Virus record (IMG/VR): IMGVR_UViG_3300011443_000023
Location: 1-44,737 of that record
DNA: 44,737 nucleotides
Reading direction: 5' to 3' (one strand)
Origin: a virus
Lineage: Duplodnaviria; Caudoviricetes
Position numbers and translations under genes: made by a program. Numbering within the stretch: the stretch's first letter is position 1; each line of letters opens with the position of its first letter. The notes under the pieces are model-generated. The model worked only from the letters and a program-made list of their open reading frames with translations. It made no database searches and had not been told where the DNA came from. Positions 1 to 8,577 of this stretch are shown here, one piece after another.

Positions 1-10
1 ACCCGTGTAG
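1..10. repeat. Terminal 10-nt direct repeat (circular assembly overlap), copy 1
   Basis: acccgtgtag at 1-10 equals 44728-44737. Confidence 0.9.
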
Positions 11-1536
11 GTCGCATGGGAAGTGCCAGCGAGGCAGACGTAGTTGCGTGTCGCCCCGACAGTTAGGAGGACGCAGTTCGGATAACCGCCCGAGACGCCA
101 TCGACATGGTTTCCGTTGGACGAGATGATGACACCGCAGGCGACATAAACAAAACCGGGACGCCCTGTTGCGGAAGCTAACCCGCCTGGGATAATCCCAC
201 GGACAAGGTTGCCTCCGATGGGAAAGGTGGCGTTGGCGGGAAAACGAATGATGCAGGTATCCGTGGTTTCGCCCAGGGTGCCCCCGGCATCGGAATCATA
301 GTCAATAAAGTGATCGAAGTCGTTGTTTCGCCCGTCACAGTGGACGATTGACCCGCCCGGAGGCATGTGGATGTATTCTGACTGGCAGGCGATGAACTTG
401 TTGTTGTTTGGGCTGTAGGGATTACCAGGACCAAGACCATCTGGGTTCATTTCGATACGGATGCATCCGCCCACGCCCGAAAGCTCGGTATTAGTCGCCT
501 CCCGCAAGATGAGGGTTTTGAAGACGTTGCCATTGGCAACGCCATAGAGGTGAACCCACGGGACGTTGTTGGCATTGGCACCAATGGGCTTGTTGAGGGT
601 GATGTTCTCGAACGAGCAGCAGTCCGACTCAGTTTCGAGCTTCAGACACGCTCCGCCGGTGCCCCCGATTATCAGATGGTGAAAGGAAACACAGGTGACC
701 GCCCCGTGGAGACGGATGCCGCAGTGGGTCTTGGTGGGATCGGCAACTTGATCACCCAGGAGATAGAGATGGGCGATCTGCTGACTGAACTGGAAGTCGG
801 AAACAAGCGAGGAGATGGAGAGGTCGATGATGGCACCAGTCTGCGCAGTGCATTCGATGATGCTGTAGCGACCCTCGCCAACAAGCGAGGCGATGGACGA
901 ACCCCAGGTGAGGCCACCGACGATCTTGTAGGTGCCGCAAGGAACAAGGATGGTGCCCCCGGCGGCAAAATGCTGAATCGCGGCAATAAACGCAGACGTA
1001 TTGGCGGCCGCAGCAGTGCCATCGCCCCTCGCCCCGAAACAACGAATGCTCAGTCCTCCGGAAAAGATCCGCAGCCACCGACCGGCGCCAGCATCTGGCG
1101 CAATTACCGTCCCGCCATTCCCGTCTTCGGCCACCGATGTCGTGAACCGAAACTGCCCGCCCCCGCCATCCCCAGGCGTGTAGTAGCCCAGCACGTCGAC
1201 CAGGTCTTCCTCCTCCACCACCCCCTCCACCGACAGCGCCTGCAGCTCCGCAATGTTCGAGAACTTCAGCCCGGTTCCCCCGCCAGTCTCGAGCGACTCG
1301 AACTTATCCCGCAGCACGTTCTTGGTGGCGGCAGACAGATTGCCGTCCCAGAGGACCGGGTCGTAGGGCAGGTCAGAGGGGGGAGTGCCGGCCGGACCGC
1401 CGCTTGGCGGAGCGATCGAAGGCGTGCCCTCGGCATCAAACGTCAACACCCCACCTGACAATGTCTCAAGAACGATCGGAGCAAAGTTCCCCGTCGCCTC
1501 CTCGCGCATGTCGAGCCGGATCTGGTCGTTGATCAT
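1..1536 (-). CDS. Tailspike 1, N-terminal 512 aa (continues across the circular join into 44727..43963; about 766 aa in total); pectate-lyase-like beta-helix
   Basis: Missing from the ORF track because it has no stop before the window edge. ATG at 1536 overlaps the adaptor stop (ATGA). Translation MINDQIRLDMREEATGNFAP...GYYTPGDGGGGQF...GRWLRIFSGGLSIRCFGARGDG...AFIAAI is a typical tailspike/beta-helix start. The frame joins ...HATYTG|LIVDNSAAANAIINTVPTGTLQ. Confidence 0.85.
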   Translation of the reverse strand, partial: MINDQIRLDMREEATGNFAPIVLETLSGGVLTFDAEGTPSIAPPSGGPAGTPPSDLPYDPVLWDGNLSAATKNVLRDKFESLETGGGTGLKFSNIAELQALSVEGVVEEEDLVDVLGYYTPGDGGGGQFRFTTSVAEDGNGGTVIAPDAGAGRWLRIFSGGLSIRCFGARGDGTAAAANTSAFIAAIQHFAAGGTILVPCGTYKIVGGLTWGSSIASLVGEGRYSIIECTAQTGAIIDLSISSLVSDFQFSQQIAHLYLLGDQVADPTKTHCGIRLHGAVTCVSFHHLIIGGTGGACLKLETESDCCSFENITLNKPIGANANNVPWVHLYGVANGNVFKTLILREATNTELSGVGGCIRIEMNPDGLGPGNPYSPNNNKFIACQSEYIHMPPGGSIVHCDGRNNDFDHFIDYDSDAGGTLGETTDTCIIRFPANATFPIGGNLVRGIIPGGLASATGRPGFVYVACGVIISSNGNHVDGVSGGYPNCVLLTVGATRNYVCLAGTSHATYTG

Positions 1537-2288
1537 GGCAATGTCTCGTAGACTGCCTGAAACCTCACCGTGCCGTCGGGGAAGGTAGTTTTGGTGTACT
1601 GGGCGCCGTCCGAGCCGGTAACCAACGCAATAGCGGGTGCCTTTACCGGCGGCCCTGTCTTTGCCGGTTCAGTGCTAGTTTCGGGCAGCGGATAGCTGGA
1701 ATACCCGAAGCGCGCGTTAAGGTAGCCGCTCGCAGACTGTGCCAGCACCGCCCTCGGGCGCGTCTCGAGGTTGTCCGGCCCGAATGCCTTCACCATGATG
1801 CGCTCGGCCTCAACCCGCAGGTCGCCCGCAAGGCCCGGCGCCGCAGTGATAGATGGCGCGATTGCAGACGCGAGCTTCAGGCAAAAAGCCTCGCAGAAAG
1901 CGGCGTCCCACAGCGACGTCTGTTCCACGCGTCGAACGTACTGAAGGCGAGCCTCGCAATCTGCGCAGTGAAGTTGATTCCCGATGATCTCAAACCGCGC
2001 TTCACTCGTGCCGCCCCGCCGGCTGTTCAGCTCGACCGCCAGCAAGTAATCCTCGGGGAGTTGATACGCCCACCCCCAACCGAACGCCGGCGCATTCGCC
2101 AGCGGTGAGAGGAACGCCAAGCGCAGTGCGAAATTCCAATGCCTTTGCCGCAGCAGGCCATCGCGCGTCAGATTCCACATCCGCCGACAATGTTCTGCCT
2201 GCGGGCTTTGCTCATCGATGTTCAAGATCCGCGCTTCGCCCAGGTGGCCCAAGGCGACGTTCGCGAGCTCGGTTTGCGTGCATCCCAT
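1533..2288 (-). CDS. Tail tubular protein A / head-tail adaptor (T7 gp11-like) with C-terminal extension
   Basis: N-terminal ELANVALGHLGE, internal HWNFA...YQLPEDYL and WDAAFCEAF...LASAIA motifs; lies downstream of the capsid genes. Confidence 0.85.
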   Translation of the reverse strand: MGCTQTELANVALGHLGEARILNIDEQSPQAEHCRRMWNLTRDGLLRQRHWNFALRLAFLSPLANAPAFGWGWAYQLPEDYLLAVELNSRRGGTSEARFEIIGNQLHCADCEARLQYVRRVEQTSLWDAAFCEAFCLKLASAIAPSITAAPGLAGDLRVEAERIMVKAFGPDNLETRPRAVLAQSASGYLNARFGYSSYPLPETSTEPAKTGPPVKAPAIALVTGSDGAQYTKTTFPDGTVRFQAVYETLP

Positions 2289-2301
2289 GAGCGTTCATGG
2301 C

Positions 2302-2784
2302 TTAGCCGGCTGCCGGCGCATCGTACGCGATTTCAATTATGATCCCGCACGTCACCGGCAGCGTCACCGCGGACGCACCGGTCGTGAGCACGAGGATCAG
2401 TTTGTCCGCTTGGTCGAGCACTATCGCGTCTCCCACGCCAGCCACCGGCGCCAGAACAATCGGCGCGGTGAGCGCCGCGACCGTTGCGGTTGCCGCACTG
2501 ATCGTCGTCTGCGTCCCGGTCGGGCCGAGCTTCTTGAGCGTCGCCTTGAAGTCAATCGTGCCGGTCCCGCTAAATCGAATGTAGGACAAACTCGGAATGA
2601 TCCGCGCGTCATCGATCCCGAGCGACCCGAGCACGATCCACTCGTTGTTCAGTTCGCTCGCCGCTGGCGTGTAATGGAAGACGGCAACCCGCCGCACAAG
2701 CTGCAACCCGCTGCGGTCCAATGCCGATGCGAGCGAACTCGAGGACCGGACCTTTGCTTCCTCTGTTGTATAGAATGTTGCCAT
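2302..2784 (-). CDS. Putative capsid decoration/cement protein
   Basis: 160 aa, rich in beta-strand residues, directly after the major capsid gene. Confidence 0.5.
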   Translation of the reverse strand: MATFYTTEEAKVRSSSSLASALDRSGLQLVRRVAVFHYTPAASELNNEWIVLGSLGIDDARIIPSLSYIRFSGTGTIDFKATLKKLGPTGTQTTISAATATVAALTAPIVLAPVAGVGDAIVLDQADKLILVLTTGASAVTLPVTCGIIIEIAYDAPAAG

Positions 2785-2831
2785 AAAAAAAACTGGTTAG
2801 TATGAAATTTGGGTTTCTGGTTTCTTGTGTC

Positions 2832-3785
2832 TTATGGCGACCGATCACATGGAATCGCAATGATTCGCTCGTCGTAGCGACGACCGATCCCGACCATCGC
2901 CGACCCCTGAATCAGGAGCATGTTCCGTTGCGTCGGAACCCGGTCCATCGAGCTCTTTACTTCGCTCGCCGGCGAAACCACGAAGGCCGACCGGCAGAAC
3001 GCATAGCAGGTGCGAATGTCGGTCGCCGGCAGCGGCAGCCTCGTGGTCGTGATCACCTTGAAGAGGCCAAGCAGTCGAGCCTGCGCATTGCCTCGAGCGT
3101 CCTCCTTGAACCAGTCGCCAACGAGCGTCGCCCACACATCGTTCGGTGCGACTTCCACCGTGAGCGCGAGATCGAGCTTTTCGTCCGGCGACATTGCCAG
3201 GCAGACTTCCTCGCGGTCCAGGTTGATGTTCAGGTTCTCGAACCGCTGCTTGGCGAGCAGCAGTTTCCAAATCGTCATCCCGAGGTTTGCACCAGCGACG
3301 GCCCCAGGCTTCACCGCATTGACCGGAATGACCTGCGAAGCCGGGAACGGGATCGCCGTGTTGTATGGATCTTTCCCGCCCAGCGCATCCTCACTGGACG
3401 CTTCGATGAACAAGTCGTCTCGCGCTCGCTCGTATCCATACATCATCGCCTGCATTTCCTGCGACGAGGGCAGGACGATATGGTCGAGCAACGCCTGGTC
3501 CCACTGGTCGAACTTGATCGGCTCAGCATGGATCTTTTTCTTCCATGCCTTGCGGAAGCTGGCCAGCGATTCGCGCGCGACCGTCGCACCGAATCGGGTG
3601 TCATCGCGCACCCAGGTGTTCTGACTCAAGTCGCGGTAGACCTTTTCCTTGGCCGTCCACGATGGGTCTATAATGCCTGCGTTGACGAATCTTCCTTCAG
3701 TTTGCTGGATCTGGTGGGCGAACTGATCCGAAAATTGGCGCGGATAGTGTTCTGGAATTTGGTAAGTGGTATCGCTAAAGCTCAT
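2832..3785 (-). CDS. Major capsid protein
   Basis: 317 aa after the scaffold gene. N-terminal YPRQFS...QIQQTEGRF and C-terminal MDRVP...MVGIGRRYDERIIAIPC resemble podoviral HK97-fold capsid proteins. Confidence 0.85.
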   Translation of the reverse strand: MSFSDTTYQIPEHYPRQFSDQFAHQIQQTEGRFVNAGIIDPSWTAKEKVYRDLSQNTWVRDDTRFGATVARESLASFRKAWKKKIHAEPIKFDQWDQALLDHIVLPSSQEMQAMMYGYERARDDLFIEASSEDALGGKDPYNTAIPFPASQVIPVNAVKPGAVAGANLGMTIWKLLLAKQRFENLNINLDREEVCLAMSPDEKLDLALTVEVAPNDVWATLVGDWFKEDARGNAQARLLGLFKVITTTRLPLPATDIRTCYAFCRSAFVVSPASEVKSSMDRVPTQRNMLLIQGSAMVGIGRRYDERIIAIPCDRSP

Positions 3786-3825
3786 TTTTATAAAGGCTGA
3801 CGGTTCCTATGAACGCGTCTGCCTC

Positions 3826-3894
3826 TCGGTAGGCCGTAAGGGCCGATGGGCTTCTGCGGTGCGTGGATTGGAAGTAAGCTCGTGAGAGGCTTCC
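3826..3894 (-). promoter_or_regulatory. Structured 5' leader of the capsid gene (two similar bulged hairpins)
   Basis: Minus strand GGAAG-CC-tctcacgagc-TTA-CTTCC (3870-3894) and TCGG-CC-cttacggc-CTA-CCGA (3826-3846). Confidence 0.4.
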
Positions 3895-3910
3895 CGCACG
3901 AGGCACTTGT

Positions 3911-3934
3911 GGGAAATCGGATTTGAAAAAGCAA
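3911..3934 (-). promoter_or_regulatory. Late-promoter-like motif TTGC-N13-ATTTCCC upstream of the capsid gene
   Basis: ttgctttttcaaatccgatttccc; the same motif recurs at 8191-8214 and 25393-25417. Overlaps a 9-bp inverted repeat (3923-3931 / 3939-3947). Confidence 0.5.
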
Positions 3935-4032
3935 ATGACTTTTTCAATTGCCTTTCCGTCCTGCGATTCGATAGGAAAGGCGGGCGGGGCAGTCGTTGTA
4001 GCGACCACCTCGCCCTAACCCGAATCCGTAGA

Positions 4033-4587
4033 ATGAGTACGAACCAGGCTGACAGCCTTCTGTCGCAGATCACGGCCGAAGTCGAGGCTCGATTTTGGTC
4101 CCATGTAGCGAAAGGAGGGCCACAGGACTGCTGGTTGTGGACCAAGGGCAAAACGAGGAGCGGATATGGGCGGTTAAAAATTCGACGGCGGACATACAGG
4201 TCACATCGCGTTAGCTGGGTACTGCATTCCGGACAGCCAATTCCTGAAGGAATGTACGTTTGCCACAACTGCCCCGACGGAGATGAGCCACTTTGCGTAA
4301 ATCCGATCCACCTTTTCCTTGGAACCCACCAAGAAAACATGGACGATTGCGTCCGAAAGGGCAGACGTCCCTGCGGCGAAAGAAGTGGGCCGCGCATGCA
4401 TCGGGAAAAAATGTCGAGAGGAGAACGCAGCGGGATGGCGAAACTCACTGATGACGCTGTGCGTGAAATCCGCCGCCTTGCGCGTGAAGGCGGCATTTCC
4501 CAGCCAAAGCTCGCGGTACGGTTTGGGGTCGACCGAACGACCGTACAGCGCATCCTGTACCGTCAAACGTGGACGCACGTCGAGTAA
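4033..4587 (+). CDS. HNH homing endonuclease (antisense insertion between scaffold and capsid genes), C-terminal HTH
   Basis: RFWSHV...CWLW...GYG...SHRVSW...VCHNC...CVNPIHLFLGTHQENMDD, then KLTDDAVREIR...LAVRFGV. Start chosen by alignment with the paralog at 38184. Confidence 0.9.
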   Translation: MSTNQADSLLSQITAEVEARFWSHVAKGGPQDCWLWTKGKTRSGYGRLKIRRRTYRSHRVSWVLHSGQPIPEGMYVCHNCPDGDEPLCVNPIHLFLGTHQENMDDCVRKGRRPCGERSGPRMHREKMSRGERSGMAKLTDDAVREIRRLAREGGISQPKLAVRFGVDRTTVQRILYRQTWTHVE

Positions 4588-4588
4588 T

Positions 4589-5521
4589 TCAAGTTCCCGA
4601 GCGATACCCACGGTTTACCTGAGCAACCACCTCAGGATCACCGGCTTGAAATTTCGCATACATCGGGTTCGAAGGATTTGTGCTGACATCCTTTGCCCAA
4701 GCAGCTTGAGAGAGATTCTTGACGGCAGCCCCAGGCACGAGATGCCCCTCGCCGACATCGACACCCAGCCGCGCGATGAGGGACAGTGCTTCTACGCCCC
4801 AGAATTTTTCAGATTGAGGGTCGAAGTACGCTGGATCAACGCCCTTGGTCCGCGCGACCCTCTGTGCCAGGTCCACGGATCTCTCGACCGCATCACCGAA
4901 GGTTGCGCGTAACTCGGCCTTCTCCTGCGCGAGTGCCACCGCCACCGCATCGCGACTTGCCCGCGCCTGCTCACCGACCATCCGCAATTGAAATTCTTGT
5001 AGACCGAGAGCCTGCTTCGGCGTCAGTCCAAGTTTGACCGCCTCCTGCGCGAATGCCTCTCGCAGTTTCGGATCGTCGCCGACTCCCTCGGGAAACTTGT
5101 CCGGCGGTTTCAGTCCGTAATCGGCCGCCCGCTCCGGCACGCCGATCGACTTGTGGAATGCCGTCCATTCTTCCGGCGTCGCCTCGGCGCCTGGCACTTT
5201 GACCATGCCGTCAGTCTTTTGCCTGGCGGCCGCCATGTTGTCTTTCATCACCCGCGCCAACGACTTCAGGTCGCCAAACTGCGCGAGCATTCCGCGGTCC
5301 TCCTCGAACTCCGCGGGTAGGCGATCCTGCCACCCCTGGATGAATTTCCCCTCGGGCGTGATGATCGATGAATTCCACGGCGCCTCGGCCGGCGGAATGC
5401 TCGACGGCTGCTGAGTGGCGGGGACTGGCGACGCCACCGCGCCGCCGACTGCTGGTGCAGCCGGCGCTGGCGCTGACGACGGTGGTGGTGCGGACGGTGG
5501 CGGTTCTGCGACTGGGCTCAT
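4589..5521 (-). CDS. Capsid scaffolding protein
   Basis: Pro/Ala-rich N-terminus, WQDRLP, KVPG...W...F...GVPE...DY and KLGLTPKQA motifs; lies between portal and capsid genes. Confidence 0.8.
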   Translation of the reverse strand: MSPVAEPPPSAPPPSSAPAPAAPAVGGAVASPVPATQQPSSIPPAEAPWNSSIITPEGKFIQGWQDRLPAEFEEDRGMLAQFGDLKSLARVMKDNMAAARQKTDGMVKVPGAEATPEEWTAFHKSIGVPERAADYGLKPPDKFPEGVGDDPKLREAFAQEAVKLGLTPKQALGLQEFQLRMVGEQARASRDAVAVALAQEKAELRATFGDAVERSVDLAQRVARTKGVDPAYFDPQSEKFWGVEALSLIARLGVDVGEGHLVPGAAVKNLSQAAWAKDVSTNPSNPMYAKFQAGDPEVVAQVNRGYRSGT

Positions 5522-5868
5522 GCGGGTTCAGTTTCCTCCTTCTCTTCTGGCGCTGGGGCTTTGGGCGCCGGCGGCGCTTTCCCTTTCCCCTTCCATTTCC
5601 CCTTCCCGCCCTTCCTGCGCCAGGCGAGCCACTCAGCGTCCTCGGGGTCACCCCCGTTGCGCTCGCACCAGGCGAGCCACTCAGGGTCCTTGGCCCCGAG
5701 ATACGGATCCTGCTTCGGTTCAGGATCTGGGTCCGGCGCTGGCTCCGTCGTTTCGGTTGTTTCGGTCGTCTCTACCGGGTCCTCTTCACTCTCTTTCGTC
5801 GTCCAGGGCGAGGATTTTTGCCCGTGGATGTTCCTGTCAGGATGCTTCGGCGTTGGTTGCGTGCTCAT
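5518..5868 (-). CDS. Low-complexity hypothetical protein with a duplicated EWLAW motif
   Basis: Stop overlaps the scaffold start (ATGA); 16-nt direct repeat caggcgagccactcag near 5621 and 5669. Confidence 0.6.
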   Translation of the reverse strand: MSTQPTPKHPDRNIHGQKSSPWTTKESEEDPVETTETTETTEPAPDPDPEPKQDPYLGAKDPEWLAWCERNGGDPEDAEWLAWRRKGGKGKWKGKGKAPPAPKAPAPEEKEETEPA

Positions 5869-6124
5869 GGCTCGTTTGCGGGTTTTGGGTTTCGATCGGG
5901 AAGGTGTTCTGGTTCGACGCATACCGCCACAGCATTGCCACCACTTCAGCGTTGCCGTGCAGGTGCTCCGATAACGAAGGCGGGTGGAAGAGCGGATGCT
6001 GGCCGGCGCAAAGCCTCGTCAGCACACGAGCCCCGGCGTCGCCGCCGAATATCTCGGCGCAATCCTCGGCAAATTGCCGGCGGACTGCCTCCGTCTGTAA
6101 TGCGCGGTCCTCGAAACACGTCAT
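5837..6124 (-). CDS. Small conserved head-region protein (Bbp19-like position)
   Basis: IFGGDAGARVLTRLC motif; ATGA-coupled to the portal gene. Confidence 0.6.
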   Translation of the reverse strand: MTCFEDRALQTEAVRRQFAEDCAEIFGGDAGARVLTRLCAGQHPLFHPPSLSEHLHGNAEVVAMLWRYASNQNTFPIETQNPQTSHEHATNAEAS

Positions 6125-7794
6125 GCTGCTAATTTTTGAACCGCCTCGACCCCGGCTTCAGCGATCGGCTGCGACTTCATCGCCTGCTGCATCATCTCCT
6201 GCTGTTGCGCCGCCTGTTCCGCTGCCTGTTGCGCCTGCGCCCGTGCCGCCCGGTAGGCGGCGACCGCCTCGCTATCGCGCAAATACATCGATGGCATCCC
6301 GTCGCCGCGGGTCAGGTCGCGAAATGCCGCGTCCTCGTCCAGGTTGTCCATCACGGCGGCGCTCTGCATCGCGGTGATATACGGCATCCACAGTTCGAGC
6401 ATCGAGCCAAAGGCGGCCTTCTTGAGCGCCTGGAGTGCGAGCGCCATTCGGGACGTCTGAACCGCTTGTGGAAACATCATCACCATTTCACCCATGCTGT
6501 TACGCACGAGCGCCTCCTGCGGCGGCGCGGGAAATTTCCCGGCACGGAAGAGCAGCATGAAGACGCGCTCGAGCACAGGGTTGATGATCTCAGTGACAAG
6601 CAGAGTGAAGGCGGGACTGAACCGCGCCAGCTTTTCCGCCTCGCGCGCCCTGACCTCAGTCGCAGTGATCTGGCGGTCGAGCAGCGCAAACTGGTCGAAG
6701 AGCGAGCGGTGGAAAATCTCGCGGATCATCTCCTCCTTCCGTTTGATCAACTCCAATCCAAAGTCGATCCGACCGCCCGTGAGCCATTCTTGCGGGTGAG
6801 TGTCGCGGCTTATTCCGCCCATCGTCAGGCCGCCGGCCCGCAAGTCCGGAACCCCCTGCATGCTCTGCGGCATGATGATCCGCGGGTTCACGGTCACCTC
6901 GGCCATCGTGCTGACCAGCATCTCGAGGTAATTCACGCCGCGGATCTCCGCCAGTGCCTGCATCGCAGGAGACGCGCCGTAAACGCTCGCCTCGGACCAG
7001 CGCAGATAGCGCGTCCCAAATGCCGGATTTGCCTCATACCCTTCCTCCTTGCACTTCGTTTTCGAGGCCTCGTGCAGGTAACAGGAGGCGAACCGCATCC
7101 GCGACGGTCCGCCAGGTCCGCCGCGTTCCTTCTCGTCGCGCTCGTAAACCGCATGCAAGAACCGATGCCGCTTCGCCGGGTTCCGCTCATAGTCGTTGCG
7201 CACGATCTCCGGCACCACCGGGAACGCTTCCATCGCCTGGTCCGCCGTGTACTCCAATTCGCGGAAAACCGAGTTCACGCGGCCCTCGGAGTTCTCGGCA
7301 AGGCAGAAACTTCCGACGTCGAACGAGCGGAAAAAGATAGGTGATTCCATCCCCCCTTCAGCCCACAGACACGCAGTCCCAAAGCACGAGCGGTCGAGGA
7401 AGACCTCGTGAATCTTGCTGTAGAAGTTGCTGGCCTGGAGCCAATACTGCGCGATCTCAGCGCACCTGTGCAGCCAGGTTGTCACCGAGTCCGAGCCCTC
7501 GAGTTGGAACGGCGGTTTCCAGGTGAACCAGGGGGAATCGGCCGGCGTGATCCATGATACGCAGCCAGCCGCGAGCACACTGTTCGACTCGCTCGCCACC
7601 GTGTTCATCACTCGAAGGTCCGGGGTGTAGCCGGTCCCGATCGCCGTGTCCTGGCGGTTCACGCCGTAGTTGAGCGCCTGGACTTTGCGCGTCACGCACA
7701 TATTCCCGCACTCGTTCCACAGCGCGACCATGCCCGCCGCCTCTTCGCGCAGCCGCTGGTTGCGCCGGATCAACCCATCGGGGGACGTGTCCAT
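6121..7794 (-). CDS. Portal (head-tail connector) protein
   Basis: 557 aa; SNFY...FLD...FGTACL, YLRW...YGASP, ITATEV...EKL and EIINPVLER motifs typical of T7/BPP-1-like portals. Confidence 0.92.
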   Translation of the reverse strand: MDTSPDGLIRRNQRLREEAAGMVALWNECGNMCVTRKVQALNYGVNRQDTAIGTGYTPDLRVMNTVASESNSVLAAGCVSWITPADSPWFTWKPPFQLEGSDSVTTWLHRCAEIAQYWLQASNFYSKIHEVFLDRSCFGTACLWAEGGMESPIFFRSFDVGSFCLAENSEGRVNSVFRELEYTADQAMEAFPVVPEIVRNDYERNPAKRHRFLHAVYERDEKERGGPGGPSRMRFASCYLHEASKTKCKEEGYEANPAFGTRYLRWSEASVYGASPAMQALAEIRGVNYLEMLVSTMAEVTVNPRIIMPQSMQGVPDLRAGGLTMGGISRDTHPQEWLTGGRIDFGLELIKRKEEMIREIFHRSLFDQFALLDRQITATEVRAREAEKLARFSPAFTLLVTEIINPVLERVFMLLFRAGKFPAPPQEALVRNSMGEMVMMFPQAVQTSRMALALQALKKAAFGSMLELWMPYITAMQSAAVMDNLDEDAAFRDLTRGDGMPSMYLRDSEAVAAYRAARAQAQQAAEQAAQQQEMMQQAMKSQPIAEAGVEAVQKLAA

Positions 7795-8175
7795 TTACGC
7801 TGCGAGTTGCACCGCCCCACCGAGCGCCGGCCGCTGGTACTTCGGCGATTCTCCCGCGAAGACACTGCGCCCAGCACCGAACCGGCGGCGCGAGCTTCGT
7901 CGGTAATCCCGGCCAGCCTCGATAGCATCAACCCCGACCGAGGTCGGCGGTGACGGTGGCTTGTACTCGGGGATCTCGATCTGCTTGGACATCTCCATTT
8001 GCTGGCGGGCAAGCTGCATCGATTCAGCGTGCTGTTTCGCAGAAAGCTCGCGCCCAAGGCGTTGCTCACGCAGAGCCGCCCCCTGGTTCGCCCCTTTATG
8101 CAGTCGAGCAAGGCGCCCGTTGGGGCCGATCAGGCCCGGCTCGAAGTACGGCCCATCGCAGCATGAGTGTGTCAT
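7795..8175 (-). CDS. Small basic virion protein upstream of the portal gene (T7 gp7.3-like position)
   Basis: RLARLHKG N-terminus, Gln/Met-rich helix, C-terminal RRRFGAGRSVFAGE; abuts the portal start. Confidence 0.55.
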   Translation of the reverse strand: MTHSCCDGPYFEPGLIGPNGRLARLHKGANQGAALREQRLGRELSAKQHAESMQLARQQMEMSKQIEIPEYKPPSPPTSVGVDAIEAGRDYRRSSRRRFGAGRSVFAGESPKYQRPALGGAVQLAA

Positions 8176-8190
8176 CGCGGAGGGAACGGG

Positions 8191-8214
8191 GGGAAATCGA
8201 GCCACGAAAAGCAA
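8191..8214 (-). promoter_or_regulatory. Late-promoter-like motif TTGC-N13-ATTTCCC upstream of the portal block
   Basis: ttgcttttcgtggctcgatttccc in a short intergenic gap. Confidence 0.5.
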
Positions 8215-8223
8215 GTGGAGATT

Positions 8224-8577
8224 TCAGGGCGCCCGGAAGGGGAGAAACCGCGAGGAACGGTAAAATTTCATCCTGTTCTTCCGCTCAAACACGATCCATG
8301 GTTTCGGGACCGGCAGCCACCGCGCAGCAACCGACAGATCGCCCGCCAAGAGCCAAATCAGCCAGGCGTCGCCCTGCTCGTCTACGACCCACGGTTGACG
8401 CAGCACGTCCAGCGGCCAATAATGCCAGACGATGCGAACCATGGCGAAGGCGTCAGGCGTCGAGACAACGTACCCGTGCGCGAGGTGATGCCACAGGTCC
8501 TCCTCGAACGACCGAGCACAGGGCTCCGTTGTGTAAACGGCCATGGCGCGGAAAAGCGGCGGCGGCAAACTCACCAT
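8224..8577 (-). CDS. Hypothetical protein downstream of TerL
   Basis: 117 aa, overlaps the TerL stop, protein-like composition. Confidence 0.65.
   Translation of the reverse strand: MVSLPPPLFRAMAVYTTEPCARSFEEDLWHHLAHGYVVSTPDAFAMVRIVWHYWPLDVLRQPWVVDEQGDAWLIWLLAGDLSVAARWLPVPKPWIVFERKNRMKFYRSSRFLPFRAP

Noticed and set aside
3807-4553. 248-aa ORF antisense to the first HNH gene as a conserved overlapping gene
   Set aside because: Its register relative to the HNH differs from that of the antisense ORF over the paralog (38124..38741), so the two are not a conserved pair.
3786-4588. HNH inserts as group I or II introns
   Set aside because: The ORFs are antisense to the host transcript, HNH1 lies between genes, and there is too little flanking sequence for a ribozyme core; no core motifs were recognised.
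5621-5684. 16-nt direct repeat caggcgagccactcag
   Set aside because: Explained by a small intragenic duplication encoding EWLAW twice.
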